Positions 42,841-54,133 of a stretch of DNA of 64,000 nt are shown one piece after another. A program made the translations under genes and the position numbers. The notes under the pieces are model-generated. The model made no database searches. It was not told where the DNA came from and saw only the letters and a program-made list of their open reading frames with translations. The DNA comes from an uncultured Bacillota bacterium (GTDB lineage: Bacteria > Bacillota > DTU025 > MWDF01), in assembly GCA_963823655.1 (NCBI GenBank), contig CAWGMK010000002.1, positions 50,688 to 114,687 of the forward strand, given 5' to 3'. Position 1 is the first letter of the stretch; each line of letters begins with the position of its first letter.

Positions 42841-44250
42841 ATGAAAGGCAACAACCTAAAGAACAAACTCGCTTTCGCAGCATGCGATATATTCGGCGGC
42901 GGCTCATTCAATATCATAAACTTCCTGTATCCTGGCTTTTTGGCGCTCACCGTGGGGCTTTCGCCCTATTGGATCAGCTTCGTTGTCCTTGTAGCCAGGC
43001 TATGGGACGCAATCAGCGACCCCCTGATGGGCATGCTCTCGGATTCAACAAGAAGCCGCTTCGGCAAAAGGCGCCTCTATCTGGTCATCGCCTCTCCGCT
43101 GGTGCTTATATCCTTCGTGCTGCTGTTCTTCCCCTACAGCTTCTCATCGACAACGCTTAGGGTATTAAGCGCGCTCGGTTCCTACCTAATATTCTACACT
43201 GTGCAGACAATGGTCATGATCCCCTACATCTCGCTGTCGGCGGAGATCGCGGCAGATTACCAGGCCCGTGCCTCTTTCAACAGCTGGCGCCTCGGCTTTA
43301 GCATCTTCTCCTCGATATTGTGCGTAGCGGTTCCCGGCATGGTAGTCAGCGCGTTCGAAGGCAATAAGGGATACATAATCATGGGGCTGATCTTCGGTGC
43401 GGTATTCGCCATCGCGGTGCTGATAACGGGCCTTTTCGCAAGGGAGGAGATAATCTCCCCGCCTGTGAAGAACCATGCAAGCCTTGCTAGCATTCGCAAA
43501 TTGCTCGCCCTTAAGCCCTTCAGGGTATATCTTGGGATGTTCCTCATGCTAAGCAGCACTATGACGGTCATGAGCGCGATGTACTTCTTCTTCGTGGACT
43601 TCTATGTCTACAGGGAGCTAACAGCGCTGGGGCAAGGCAACATTACGCGCCTGATCTCGGCAGCCTTGATGTTCTCCATGCAGATAGTGGCCCTGCCGTT
43701 CTATACCAAGCTTATATCCACGAAGGGCAAACCCTACGCGTACAGGTTCGGCGCGATACTATGGATCGCATGTGCCCTGTTGCTGGTGCTGATAAAGCCC
43801 GGGACAGCCACCGTCAATATCTATATCCTGGCGGCTCTTATGGGCTTCGGAATAAGCGGACCGGGGCTCGTACCCCACACGATGTTCGGAGACGTGTCCG
43901 ATTTCGCGACCCTTGCCTTCCGTGAGCGCAAGGACGGGCTCATCGGGGGCTTCGTCAATTTCACGAACAAGACGGTACAGGCGATGGTCATCGCTGTAGT
44001 CATGATTATAATCGGCGCGTTCGGCTTCATAGAGGCCGAGCCAGGAAAGCAAGTGCTCTCACAACCCGAAAGCGCACAGAACGCGATAAGGGCGATAATG
44101 GTGCTTGCTCCTCTAGTGTTCCTGTCTTTCGGCATCTTCTTCTCAACCAAGTACAAGATCAGCCGCAAGGTCCAGGGCGACATCGCAAAGGTGCTCGAGA
44201 CCGGCAGCTTTGCGGGTTCATCCGCAATCATCGACATGCTGCAGAAGTAA
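42841..44250 (+). CDS. MFS transporter, glycoside-pentoside-hexuronide family
   Basis: WDAISDPLMG.LSD.TRSRFGKRR motif; ~12 TM helices. Confidence 0.9.
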   Translation: MKGNNLKNKLAFAACDIFGGGSFNIINFLYPGFLALTVGLSPYWISFVVLVARLWDAISDPLMGMLSDSTRSRFGKRRLYLVIASPLVLISFVLLFFPYSFSSTTLRVLSALGSYLIFYTVQTMVMIPYISLSAEIAADYQARASFNSWRLGFSIFSSILCVAVPGMVVSAFEGNKGYIIMGLIFGAVFAIAVLITGLFAREEIISPPVKNHASLASIRKLLALKPFRVYLGMFLMLSSTMTVMSAMYFFFVDFYVYRELTALGQGNITRLISAALMFSMQIVALPFYTKLISTKGKPYAYRFGAILWIACALLLVLIKPGTATVNIYILAALMGFGISGPGLVPHTMFGDVSDFATLAFRERKDGLIGGFVNFTNKTVQAMVIAVVMIIIGAFGFIEAEPGKQVLSQPESAQNAIRAIMVLAPLVFLSFGIFFSTKYKISRKVQGDIAKVLETGSFAGSSAIIDMLQK

Positions 44251-44452
44251 TAGCCGCTCATCTGATGAATTGGGAAATCAAGTCTCCGGCAGACAGAAGG
44301 ATTAATGCAATACTGATGGATACGGCATGGTGCGACGCATCATGCCTTTCTATTTACCCCAGGATTTGAAGGAAAATCGTCCCATTTATCGAACCCTCGG
44401 GTATTATCGGCAAAAAGGAGTCCGCCATTTCGGACGGAGAAAGGAAGGGAAA

Positions 44453-44998
44453 ATGAAAAGGACCATCATCTTGGCATTAATCCTTCTGTCTGCGATTACG
44501 GTAGCCTGCGCGCTTCCGAACGAACCCATAAACGGGTGGGCGGGTTGGGCCTGGGGCGTCAAATATGAATCTGTGAAGGACAAGCTTGCGTTCATCGGCG
44601 AGTACCAAAGCACACTGCCCGACAAAGCGAAGGTCATCCTTTACGATTATAAGGACTATCCGAAAATCCATCTCGGCATTACATGGAAGGCATTTTGCGT
44701 CGGCTTCATAAACGGTACTTATGGCGGCATTTACCTCGGAGCCGATGAAGAGGCGGGCATTGCCGCCGGCAAGCAGGCGCTGGTCGCCAACTTCGGCAAG
44801 CCCGATCTGACAGGATCTCTGACAAATGGAGTCTACAACTACGAGACGCGGCTTGGTACAACTACCGCAGCCTTCTCGATGGACTACAAGTACGAGAGCA
44901 CTCATATGTACTTCGTGTTTATTGGGACCAAGGAATATGTTAGGTCCATAGTCTCCGGCTTCGCCAACACCTCGGACGTCGCAAAATTCGGCCTTTAG
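44453..44998 (+). CDS. Secreted hypothetical protein
   Basis: RBS followed by MKRTIILALILL signal peptide; GWAGWAWG. Confidence 0.6.
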   Translation: MKRTIILALILLSAITVACALPNEPINGWAGWAWGVKYESVKDKLAFIGEYQSTLPDKAKVILYDYKDYPKIHLGITWKAFCVGFINGTYGGIYLGADEEAGIAAGKQALVANFGKPDLTGSLTNGVYNYETRLGTTTAAFSMDYKYESTHMYFVFIGTKEYVRSIVSGFANTSDVAKFGL

Positions 44999-45417
44999 AA
45001 GCCTTTGAACCGAATATGCCTTTCTCAAGGGCCGGGAATGCCTTTAGATTTCTTAGGGCGTCCCCGGCCTTCTTACGGGCATTCGCACTACTCCTTGCGA
45101 AGGACGCCTTTACGCAGGTTTAGCTGGTGTTATTGCCCAAATGCACTATAAGGCCCCATAAGGAAGGGACAAAGAGGCGAATATGAGAAATACTTCCTTT
45201 GAATATCGAAACTTATCCATTATAATTGAATGGCTAGTGAAGGGTTCGTTCAAGTTCATGTAGATGCGATCCGTAGCGGACCGGATAGAAATTGACCATA
45301 CAAACAGGTATGCGAACAAAATTGAATGAAACTCAGTCATAATAACGGACAAGTGCATATACATCTTTATCCAAGACCGAACTATCTGCGCACAAATAGA
45401 CGAAGCGGGGTCTACGC

Positions 45418-46395
45418 ATGGAAAATATTATCGAGATCAAGGACTTGTTCGTCACATATACAAGCAATGAAGAAGTAGTCAGGGCGGTCAACGGCATTTC
45501 GATATCGCTTGCCAAGGGAAAGACACTTGGCATAGTTGGAGAAACAGGCGCCGGCAAGACCACCACAGCGCTTAGCATAATGAGGATACTCCCCGAGATG
45601 ACCGGCAAGATCACCGGCGGCTCCATCCTATTCAATGACAGAGAGCTCACAACCGCGTCAGAGGCCGAAATGAGGCTTATAAGAGGCGGCCTGATCTCCA
45701 TGATATTCCAGGATCCCATGACCAGCCTGAACCCCGTTCTAACTGTGGGAGACCAGATAGCCGAAGCAGTCTCCCTTCATAAGAAGCTTGACTCTAAAGG
45801 CGTACAGAAAAGGGTAAATGAGATATTGGAGCTTGTCGGCATACCGGCATCCAGGAAAGTCGAGTATCCCCACCAGTTCAGCGGCGGCATGAAGCAGAGG
45901 GTAGTCATAGCGATAGCGCTTGCCTGTGACCCGATGCTGCTGCTTGCGGACGAGCCCACAACAGCCCTTGATGTCACGATACAAGCGCAGATACTCGAGA
46001 TGATGGAGGAGCTAAAAAGAAAGCTCAACACCTCGATCATACTTATAACCCACGATCTCGGGATAGTCGCCGAATTCTGCGACTACGTTGCCATAATGTA
46101 CGCCGGAGAGATTATCGAGACGGGAACTGCCAAGGACATCTACGAATCCGACAAACACCATCCTTACACTGTCGGGCTTTTCAACTCGATACCCAACCTT
46201 GAGGTAGATACCGCCAGACTCAACCCCATAGACGGCCTGATGCCGGACCCCACGAACCTGCCCTTAGGGTGCAAGTTCCACCCCAGGTGCCCCAAGTGCA
46301 TGGAGATATGCAAGAGCGTCGCCCCCGGCAACTACAGCTTCGGGGAGCACAGGATACATTGCCACCTGTTCACAAAAAACAACGGGATGATGTGA
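45418..46395 (+). CDS. oppD: Oligopeptide/dipeptide ABC ATPase
   Basis: [17 protein letters not shown]-terminal Cys cluster. Confidence 0.9.
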   Translation: MENIIEIKDLFVTYTSNEEVVRAVNGISISLAKGKTLGIVGETGAGKTTTALSIMRILPEMTGKITGGSILFNDRELTTASEAEMRLIRGGLISMIFQDPMTSLNPVLTVGDQIAEAVSLHKKLDSKGVQKRVNEILELVGIPASRKVEYPHQFSGGMKQRVVIAIALACDPMLLLADEPTTALDVTIQAQILEMMEELKRKLNTSIILITHDLGIVAEFCDYVAIMYAGEIIETGTAKDIYESDKHHPYTVGLFNSIPNLEVDTARLNPIDGLMPDPTNLPLGCKFHPRCPKCMEICKSVAPGNYSFGEHRIHCHLFTKNNGMM

Positions 46396-46397
46396 AG

Positions 46398-47348
46398 ATG
46401 ACACAACCGCTATTAGAAGTAAAACATCTTAAGAAGTATTTCCAGGTGAATTCGGGCAACTTGCATGCCGTGGATGACATCAACTTCACCATAGCCAAGG
46501 GCGAGACGCTCGGCGTAGTCGGTGAGTCCGGCTGCGGTAAGTCTACCCTCGGAAGGGTGATCCTGAGACTTATCAACCCCACATCCGGCGAGGTCTACTT
46601 CGAAGGGGAGAACATCCTGGACTACAGCCCCAAAGAAATGCGCGCCATGAGGACGAAGATGCAGATCATCTTCCAGGACCCTTATGCGTCGCTCAATCCC
46701 AGGATGACGGTAAGGGAGATAATCGGTCAGCCCCTTAAAGTCAACAAGGTGTTCTCAAGCAGGCAGGAGCTGGATAAAAGGGTATCAGAGCTAATGGACA
46801 CGGCAGGTCTTGCCAAGCGTATAGAGTACTCATACCCGCATGAGCTGGACGGCGGCAGAAGGCAGAGGATCGGCATCGCCAGGGCCCTCGCGCTAGAGCC
46901 GAAGTTCATAGTCTGCGACGAGCCGGTAAGCGCGCTCGATGTCAGCATACAGGCCCAGATATTGAACCTCATGATGGACATACAGGAGCAGATGGGCCTT
47001 ACATTCATGTTCATCACGCACAACCTGGCGGTCGTAAAACACATATCGGACGAGATACTCGTTATGTATCTTGGGCAGTGCGTAGAGAAGGCAACTACCA
47101 AGGAGCTGTTCGAAAACCCCCTGCACCCGTACACGAAGGCGCTGTTAAACGCGGTGCCAACGCCGGTGCTGAAAAGCGCGCAAGAGAAGAGGAAGATCAT
47201 AAAAGGGGAGATCACCTCCCCGATAAACCCGCTGCCCGGCTGCAGGTTCGCGGCCAGGTGCCCGTTTGCAAAGGCTGGCTGTTCGGGAGGTCCGATACCG
47301 TTTAGGGAAGTGTCAAAGGGCCATTTCGTGCAGTGCGACCAGTGTTAG
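46398..47348 (+). CDS. oppF: Oligopeptide/dipeptide ABC ATPase
   Basis: [30 protein letters not shown]. Confidence 0.9.
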   Translation: MTQPLLEVKHLKKYFQVNSGNLHAVDDINFTIAKGETLGVVGESGCGKSTLGRVILRLINPTSGEVYFEGENILDYSPKEMRAMRTKMQIIFQDPYASLNPRMTVREIIGQPLKVNKVFSSRQELDKRVSELMDTAGLAKRIEYSYPHELDGGRRQRIGIARALALEPKFIVCDEPVSALDVSIQAQILNLMMDIQEQMGLTFMFITHNLAVVKHISDEILVMYLGQCVEKATTKELFENPLHPYTKALLNAVPTPVLKSAQEKRKIIKGEITSPINPLPGCRFAARCPFAKAGCSGGPIPFREVSKGHFVQCDQC

Positions 47349-47438
47349 AGGATACAGGCACAAAAGAGACAGCAACTTAACGCATAGCGCAAACACCATA
47401 AAGGGCAAATTAACAGGCAAAAAGTAGGAGGAAAGACA

Positions 47439-48944
47439 ATGATGAGAAAGTCGGTTTTGAGCTTCGCAGTAATTGCGGCACTAGTCGTAACCATGCTCAG
47501 CGGACTTACCGCCGTGACCCTTGCCGCCAAGGACAGCGTCACAATGGCAATACCCACATCGGACTTGAACACCCTCGATCCTCACAACAGCAACATGATA
47601 GTTGACAGGGTCGTTCGCGCCAACATCTTCGATTGCCTTATGTATTTCTACAACGGCAAGTACGAGAACGTGCTCATCGACAGCTACACCCTGTCGGCAG
47701 ACGGGCTCACCTACACATTCAACCTCAAGAAGGGCGTGAAGTTCCACAACGGCGAGGAGCTCACCGCCAACGACATAATCTACTCGATGGAAAGGGCCAA
47801 GAAATCGACCGTTATGGCCACTTTCACCTCCGTAATCAAGACCGTCACCGCGAAGGACAAGTACACCGCGGTAGTAACCCTTGAGAAGCCCTACGTCCCG
47901 TTCCTCCTGTCAGTCGCAGCCAATGTGCCGATCATGAACGAGAAGGCAGTATTGGCGTTCGGCGACAAGTACATGAGAAACCCCGTAGGAACCGGACCCT
48001 ACAAGTTCGTAAGATGGGATGCCGGACAGAGGATAGTACTCGAGAGATTTGCTGACTGGCACGGCGGAACCCCCGCTATAAAGACAGCAACATTCATGTT
48101 CCTTACCGACCCCAACTCGGCTTTGATGGCCACTGAGACCGGCGAGATCGACCTCACCTTCACATTGCCGCCCATCGCTGTTCCCGAGATCATAAAGAGC
48201 GGCAAGCTGAACCTCTTCAAGGCCCCGACACTCGCAAGCGGCTTTTTGGTGTTCAACCTCGACAAGTACCCCACAAACGACAAGAACTTCAGGCTCGCAA
48301 TGGCATACGCAGTCGACAAGGAAGAGATCGTCGATGTAGCCCTTGAAGGCCTCGGAGTCGTATCCAAGGGCCTGTGGGACGAGAGGGCCGGAGGCTACGC
48401 CGGAGCATACAAGCCCGTAGAGAAGGACCTGGCAAAGGCCAAGGAATACCTCGCAAAGTCCAGCTACAAGGGCGAAGAGCTCAACTTCATCATCGGCTAT
48501 GAGTATTACAGGAAAGTAGCCACCCTGGTACAGGAGCAGCTGAGGAAAGTCGGCATCAACGCTAAAGTATCCATGATGGAGTCCAACTCATGGCTAGCTG
48601 AGGTCAGGAAGGGCAACTTCGACATGACCACAGTCAACATGTCCATGGAGTTCGACGTCGAGTTCTGGGCGAACGCCTTCCATTCGAAGGGCATCGGCGG
48701 CTTCAACTTCGGCAGGATGAACATCCCCGAAGTCGACAAGGCATTCGATGAGGGCAAGTCGATAGTAGACGCGAAGAAGAGGCAGGCAGCATACGCGGTA
48801 ATTGAGAAGGTCCTCTATGCCGACGCCTCGATAGTACCTCACTACTTCCAGGTCATCCCCGTTGCTTTCAGCAAGAACCTCGAAGTGGCCAGGTTCACAT
48901 CCATCGGTTACGCCAGAGTCATAGACATGAAGTGGTTGAAGTAA
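47439..48944 (+). CDS. oppA: Family 5 peptide ABC substrate-binding protein
   Basis: TLDP, YTFNLKKGVKFHNG, PVGTGPYKF; signal peptide without a lipobox. Confidence 0.88.
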   Translation: MMRKSVLSFAVIAALVVTMLSGLTAVTLAAKDSVTMAIPTSDLNTLDPHNSNMIVDRVVRANIFDCLMYFYNGKYENVLIDSYTLSADGLTYTFNLKKGVKFHNGEELTANDIIYSMERAKKSTVMATFTSVIKTVTAKDKYTAVVTLEKPYVPFLLSVAANVPIMNEKAVLAFGDKYMRNPVGTGPYKFVRWDAGQRIVLERFADWHGGTPAIKTATFMFLTDPNSALMATETGEIDLTFTLPPIAVPEIIKSGKLNLFKAPTLASGFLVFNLDKYPTNDKNFRLAMAYAVDKEEIVDVALEGLGVVSKGLWDERAGGYAGAYKPVEKDLAKAKEYLAKSSYKGEELNFIIGYEYYRKVATLVQEQLRKVGINAKVSMMESNSWLAEVRKGNFDMTTVNMSMEFDVEFWANAFHSKGIGGFNFGRMNIPEVDKAFDEGKSIVDAKKRQAAYAVIEKVLYADASIVPHYFQVIPVAFSKNLEVARFTSIGYARVIDMKWLK

Positions 48945-49096
48945 CTATCAGCAGCTGTAGATAGCTCCGCCGGTTGCGAAACCGGCATTAAACAAGGTTA
49001 ATGAATTAGGCGGGCGCCTTATAAGGCAAACACTAAGCGCCAGGCGCCCGCCATATAAAAACCAAAGATCGAAGTCCGCAAAGGAGCCAAGCAGAC

Positions 49097-50047
49097 ATGC
49101 TGAGGTACGTATTTAAGAGAATACTGTTGCTAATCCCGGTTCTGCTGGGCGTTTCCTTTATAGTGTTCTCGATCATGTCGCTTACCCCGGGAGATCCTGC
49201 ATCTGTCATACTCGGGCCTACCGCCACCAAGGAGGACATACAGAAGCTGAACGAGGAGCTGGGCTACTACCGGCCGTTCATAGTCAGGTATTTCAGCTTT
49301 GTGACCGGCGCGGTAAGAGGTGACTTCGGGAAATCCTACCGATCGGGGAATCCAGTCTTCGGGGAGATATTCTCCAGATTCCCCACGACCTTGAAGCTTG
49401 CCATCGGCTCCATACTGTTCGCTATACTTGTGGGCACTCCCATAGGGATTATTTCGGCGATTCGACAATATTCGTGGTTCGACATGACTGGGACCATCAT
49501 AGCCATGTTCATGGCCGCGGTGCCGCAGTTCTGGCTCGGCCTTATGGGCATACTGATATTCTCGGTCAAGCTGGGCTGGCTGCCCTCGATAGGCCTTTAC
49601 TCCATTAGACACTACATCTTGCCTGTCATTACCCTGTCTTTGCCGACGGCGGCGACCATCATAAGGCTTACGCGCTCGGCGATGCTTGAGATCATCAGGC
49701 AGGATTACATAAGGACAGCAAGGGCCAAAGGCGCACCAGAGCGCACAATAGTCCTGAAGCACGCCTTCAGGAACGCCCTTCTTCCCATAGTGACGGTCAT
49801 CGGCATCAACTTCGGTTTCCTTCTAGGAGGGGCGGTACTTATAGAGGCGGTCTTCGGAATACCGGGCGTGGGCAGCCTTACGATCAACTCCATCAGGATG
49901 AAGGACATTCCGCAGACTACGGCATCTGTCCTGTTCCTGGCTTTCACCTACATCATCATGATGCTGGTAGTCGACGTTCTGTACGCTTACATCGACCCGA
50001 GGATAAAGGCGAAATATTTAGTTAGAAGGATGAGCACAAATGGCTAG
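49097..50047 (+). CDS. oppB: Peptide ABC permease
   Basis: PGDPA, GDFGKSY, YIRTARAKG, IDPRI. Confidence 0.9.
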   Translation: MLRYVFKRILLLIPVLLGVSFIVFSIMSLTPGDPASVILGPTATKEDIQKLNEELGYYRPFIVRYFSFVTGAVRGDFGKSYRSGNPVFGEIFSRFPTTLKLAIGSILFAILVGTPIGIISAIRQYSWFDMTGTIIAMFMAAVPQFWLGLMGILIFSVKLGWLPSIGLYSIRHYILPVITLSLPTAATIIRLTRSAMLEIIRQDYIRTARAKGAPERTIVLKHAFRNALLPIVTVIGINFGFLLGGAVLIEAVFGIPGVGSLTINSIRMKDIPQTTASVLFLAFTYIIMMLVVDVLYAYIDPRIKAKYLVRRMSTNG

Positions 50048-50912
50048 GGAGATGAAGCCGCGTAAGAAGAGCGGCCTGGCGGAAGTTTGGAGAAGGTATA
50101 AGAAGAGCAAGCTTGCCGTGCTCGGCCTTGCCATCCTGTGCATAATCCTGTTCTTCGCGGTGTTCGCGAACTTCATCGCGGACTATGAGGACAGGGCGAT
50201 CAACCAGAACACGTCGGAGAGGCTGCAGGAGCCGTCCACAAGGCACTGGTTCGGGACCGACGAGTACGGAAGGGACATCTTCGCAAGGATAATATACGGC
50301 GCGAGGAACTCCTTCATGCTTGCCTTCACGGCCACTGCCATAGCCCTGATAATTTCAAGCGTTATCGGGTCTATCGCGGCCTATTACGGCGGCGTAATCG
50401 ACAATGTGATCATGAGGATACTGGACATGTTCATGGGCATACCGCTGCTTCTGTTGGCGATTGCCATATCGGCGTCGCTCGGGCCGGGCATGAAGAATCT
50501 GATCCTGGCGGTTACCGTGGCCCAGATACCCGGGTTTACCAGGGTAACAAGGTCTGCCATACTGAACATAGTCGGCATGGAGTATGTCGAGGCAGCCAGG
50601 TCCTACGGCTCGACGGACGCGAGCATAATCGCTTTCCACATCCTGCCCAACGCGTTCGGGCTGATAATTGTGCAGGCGACGATGTCTCTTGCAAGCACCA
50701 TATTGACCATAGCTTCCTTGAGCTACATCGGCATGGGCATGCAGCCGCCGGCCCCGGAGCTTGGCGCAATGCTCTCCGACGGCAAGGAATTCATGAGATA
50801 TTATCCGTCCCTGGTCATCTTCCCGGGACTGACGATAGCGATAAGCGCGCTGTCGCTGAACCTGGTGGGAGACGGCCTCAGGGACGCCCTGGACCCAAGG
50901 CTAAGAAACTAG
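50040..50912 (+). CDS. oppC: Peptide ABC permease
   Basis: HWFGTDEYGRDIF, YVEAARSYG, GDGLRDALDP. Confidence 0.9.
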   Translation: MAREMKPRKKSGLAEVWRRYKKSKLAVLGLAILCIILFFAVFANFIADYEDRAINQNTSERLQEPSTRHWFGTDEYGRDIFARIIYGARNSFMLAFTATAIALIISSVIGSIAAYYGGVIDNVIMRILDMFMGIPLLLLAIAISASLGPGMKNLILAVTVAQIPGFTRVTRSAILNIVGMEYVEAARSYGSTDASIIAFHILPNAFGLIIVQATMSLASTILTIASLSYIGMGMQPPAPELGAMLSDGKEFMRYYPSLVIFPGLTIAISALSLNLVGDGLRDALDPRLRN

Positions 50913-50966
50913 CCTTTCGGCATAAGGTTTCGGAAGAAGAAACAAGGCATATGACAGGCAGGAGGG

Positions 50967-51356
50967 GTGCAATTGGCAAAGAACCTATATGATTACACTT
51001 TAAGGCTCGACAAGGCGGGAAACACCACCATCGCCAACGAGACAGGCGCTCTAGACAAGCCCGAGAACTCTATAAGCTATATGCTGGTGGGCCTCATCAG
51101 CTGCATAGCGATTACGCTAAAGCCGATACTCGAGAAGATGAGGATCGAATGCGATGCGATAGTCGTGCACGGCGAGCTCTACATGGTACAGGCCGAACCG
51201 AGGTACAGCGACAGGATCGATTGCAGCGTCAGCCTGGAAAACGGCCCTGAGCTGACAGATGACATGAAGGCAAGGATTGCCGAACTGACCAAGAAGTATT
51301 GCAGCGTGTCAGTGACGATAGCCAAGAACCCGAAGATAACCCTGGCAATGAAATAG
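50967..51356 (+). CDS. OsmC/Ohr-family protein
   Basis: LISC...KKYCSVS two-Cys pattern. Confidence 0.75.
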   Translation: MQLAKNLYDYTLRLDKAGNTTIANETGALDKPENSISYMLVGLISCIAITLKPILEKMRIECDAIVVHGELYMVQAEPRYSDRIDCSVSLENGPELTDDMKARIAELTKKYCSVSVTIAKNPKITLAMK

Positions 51357-51404
51357 ATCAGCCCGGGAAGCGCTTAATCTTAGAGCAAAAACGAAATATA
51401 GCAG

Positions 51405-51440
51405 GAAGGCTTGCCGTCAAAGCAAGCCTTCGTCATTTTT
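51405..51440 (+). terminator. Intrinsic terminator
   Basis: GAAGGCTTGC / GCAAGCCTTC stem with T-tract. Confidence 0.6.
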
Positions 51441-51467
51441 GGTGGGTATAAGACCTTAAGGCCCCTT

Positions 51468-52499
51468 TTAAAGCACTTTTTCGAAATCCGCCTTATCAAG
51501 GTTGAATAACGCCGGGGCACCGCCCGTATGAATGAACAGGACGGCCTCATCCTTCCCGAAGTAACCCCTCTTGGTCAGGTCGATAAGCCCCGCCAACCCC
51601 TTGCCCGTATAAGAGTAGTCCACCAGTATGCCCTCGGTTTCGGCAAGAAGCTTCGCCGCCCTCAAACCGTCGTCGCTTGGCACGCCGTACTCCCTTCCGA
51701 TATAGGCATCCAGAATCTCAAACTCTTTCCCGCTGAAATGGACATCGTACTCGTAGAAGACGGCGTCCTTCTCCAGCTCCTCCAGGATGCGCTTTCTGCA
51801 TTCAGAGGCCGACATCCACACGCTGATGCCGATTACCTTCATTCCGGTATCGAATACCTTGTTTGCAAGTATCAAGGCGCTGGTGGTGCTCGTAGAGCCT
51901 GTGGTGACCACAAGTTGGCCGGGGTTGATGCCCATGTCCGCAAGCTGCGATTGCATCTCAAGCGTGGCGTTCAAATAGCCGGCTGTGGCGATGCGCATCG
52001 AGCCGCCTAGCGGCACTACGTAGCACTTATGCCCCCTCGCCTCATAATCGGCCTTGACCTGAGCTATCCTCATGTCCAAGTCCTTCTTCTGCTTGATTGC
52101 CTTCTCGGCAGGGGGGAGGCTTTTGTCAGCGGGCACGAAGTGCAGGTCCGCCCCGTACAGGTAATCTATAAGGAGGTTTCCGGCATACTTCTCGGGCTCA
52201 TCGCCTGTGAGCACTAGCACGGGCTTCAGTCCGAACTTCCTTGCGGCGGCCGCGGTGATCCTGCCGTGGTTCGTCTGGACCCCGCCGGTCGTAATGACCA
52301 CATCGGCGCCCGAATTGAGAACGTCGGCCATAATGTACTCAAGCTTGCGTACCTTGTTGCCGCCCAGGCCGAGGTCTGTGAGGTCGTCCCTCTTCATTAT
52401 TATCCTGGGGCCGCCCACCGCCGCCGAGAAATTCCTCAGCTCTTCCATGGGCGTCGGAAGCCGTGTCAGCATAACGCGGGGCATCTGTTCCAATTTCAT
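51468..52499 (-). CDS. D-cysteine desulfhydrase / ACC deaminase-family PLP enzyme
   Basis: KRDDL..GGNKVRKLEY, GG.QTNH, YTGK, FIHTGG. Confidence 0.88.
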   Translation of the reverse strand: MKLEQMPRVMLTRLPTPMEELRNFSAAVGGPRIIMKRDDLTDLGLGGNKVRKLEYIMADVLNSGADVVITTGGVQTNHGRITAAAARKFGLKPVLVLTGDEPEKYAGNLLIDYLYGADLHFVPADKSLPPAEKAIKQKKDLDMRIAQVKADYEARGHKCYVVPLGGSMRIATAGYLNATLEMQSQLADMGINPGQLVVTTGSTSTTSALILANKVFDTGMKVIGISVWMSASECRKRILEELEKDAVFYEYDVHFSGKEFEILDAYIGREYGVPSDDGLRAAKLLAETEGILVDYSYTGKGLAGLIDLTKRGYFGKDEAVLFIHTGGAPALFNLDKADFEKVL

Positions 52500-52597
52500 A
52501 CGGAAGTTCCTCCGAAATCAATAATACCAGGGACTTTTGAGCAGCTCACCGCTCGCGTTGCCTCCATAAGGCCTAGTCGTAGGAGAGCCTCATTTCC

Positions 52598-53025
52598 TCA
52601 TCGCACAGAGTGGGCGCGATTAGCTCCTGCCATGCGGGCTGAATCCCACGAGCCGAGCTTCTTATGGACCTTGTAGTATTTCTCCGGAATGGGGTGAGTC
52701 CCCACGACTACCTCCAGCCCGTACTGCTCCTTGATGAACTTCCTGAAGTAATCGATCCGCGTACAGGGAGGGATAGCCGACGAGCATTCCAGTCGCAAGA
52801 TGTACTGACCTCGACCCCGTTCTTCTTCATCTCAGCCGGAGTAGATTCGATGTTGCCTCCCGGACAGCCTCCGCAGTGGGCGAAAGCCGCTATTTGGACG
52901 CCCTCGTCCTTGTACACTGAGAAGGCGCCTTCTCTCTTCTCTGCCGCCCTGAAGCACTTGCCTCCGGCGCAGCTGTGATACCTGTCGCAGATGATGATGC
53001 CGATCTTCTTAGCCTTCTTCTCCAT
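52598..53025 (-). CDS. CGGC-domain protein, frameshifted near 52800
   Basis: IGIIICD...CAGGKC...HCGGCPG; C-terminal VVGTH lies in another frame. Confidence 0.8.
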
Positions 53026-53098
53026 TTGAACCTCCATTGCGCTTCGTATCGCCCGATGCTTGGAAATCGGCATTCCGATGCCTGTTATTCGATTGCCT

Positions 53099-54133
53099 TT
53101 AGTGGCCGTGCTTATGGTGCAGGTCCGGAGTATGTTTGTGGCTGTGCTCCGTCGCTTCATGTACGTGGAGATGGGAGTGCTCCTCAACTTCCCTGTCGCC
53201 GTCGTGGTGGTCATGGTGCATGTCATCATGCCTGTGCCTGTGTTCATGCTCCAGCCTCTCGTGCCTGTGGGAATGCGAGTGGTTCTCCGATAAGGCGAAG
53301 TAGGAACCTGCAATCATTATCGCAAGCGCGGCGGCGAAAGTAAAAGTAACAGGAGTCCTGAAGATCAGAAACGAAAGCCCGACGCCGATGAACGGCGCCA
53401 CCGCGTAGTAGGCGCTGGTGCGTGCGGCCCCAAGGTCCCTTTGGGCCGACACATATAGGAAGATGCTCAGCCCGTAAGCGAAGAAGCCAAGCAGCAGGGC
53501 TCCCAGATTGAAGGGGAGGTTCCATGTCGCCTGGCCTGCTGCAATCGCGATGATTAGTGCGCTCAAGCCGGATCCGAACCCTTTCACGATGACTATCTGG
53601 ATGGGGTCTTTCAAGGAGAGCATCCGCGTGAAGTTGTTCTCCAGGCCCCAGCAGGTGCAGGCAAAAAGGACCAGCAAGGAGCCCAAAGAGAATTTGAGGC
53701 TGTCAGTGCCTTCGAATGCCAGCAGAATGCTCGCGGCGGTGATGAGGATTATTGAGGCCCAAAGCCTTCTTCCGACCGCCTCCTTGAAGATGACGAGCGC
53801 TATTACCGACGTTGCCACGATCTCGAAATTGCCCAGAAGGGCCGCATTGGATGACGTGGTAAGCCTGAGGCCCGTTATTAGAAGCATCGGAGCGGCGACA
53901 TCAAGAGCAATCATGCCCAGCGTATAAGGCAGGTCTTTTGCCGATAAGTGGGCTTCCAGCCGCCTCATTTTGCCCAAGTTCTGGGCTAGGTATATGATGA
54001 GCATGCCGAAGCCGGCGCCAAGGTAAAGCAGGGACGCCATCATCAAGGGTGAGACGCCCGAAATCAAGAGCTTGGAAATCGGCGCACTTAGTCCGAACAA
54101 CGCCGCTGCTGCAATCGCCTTAAGAACTGACAT
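53099..54133 (-). CDS. EamA/DMT transporter with His-rich C-terminal tail
   Basis: 10 TM helices; tail ENHSHSHRH...HTPDLHHKHGH. Confidence 0.88.
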   Translation of the reverse strand: MSVLKAIAAAALFGLSAPISKLLISGVSPLMMASLLYLGAGFGMLIIYLAQNLGKMRRLEAHLSAKDLPYTLGMIALDVAAPMLLITGLRLTTSSNAALLGNFEIVATSVIALVIFKEAVGRRLWASIILITAASILLAFEGTDSLKFSLGSLLVLFACTCWGLENNFTRMLSLKDPIQIVIVKGFGSGLSALIIAIAAGQATWNLPFNLGALLLGFFAYGLSIFLYVSAQRDLGAARTSAYYAVAPFIGVGLSFLIFRTPVTFTFAAALAIMIAGSYFALSENHSHSHRHERLEHEHRHRHDDMHHDHHDGDREVEEHSHLHVHEATEHSHKHTPDLHHKHGH

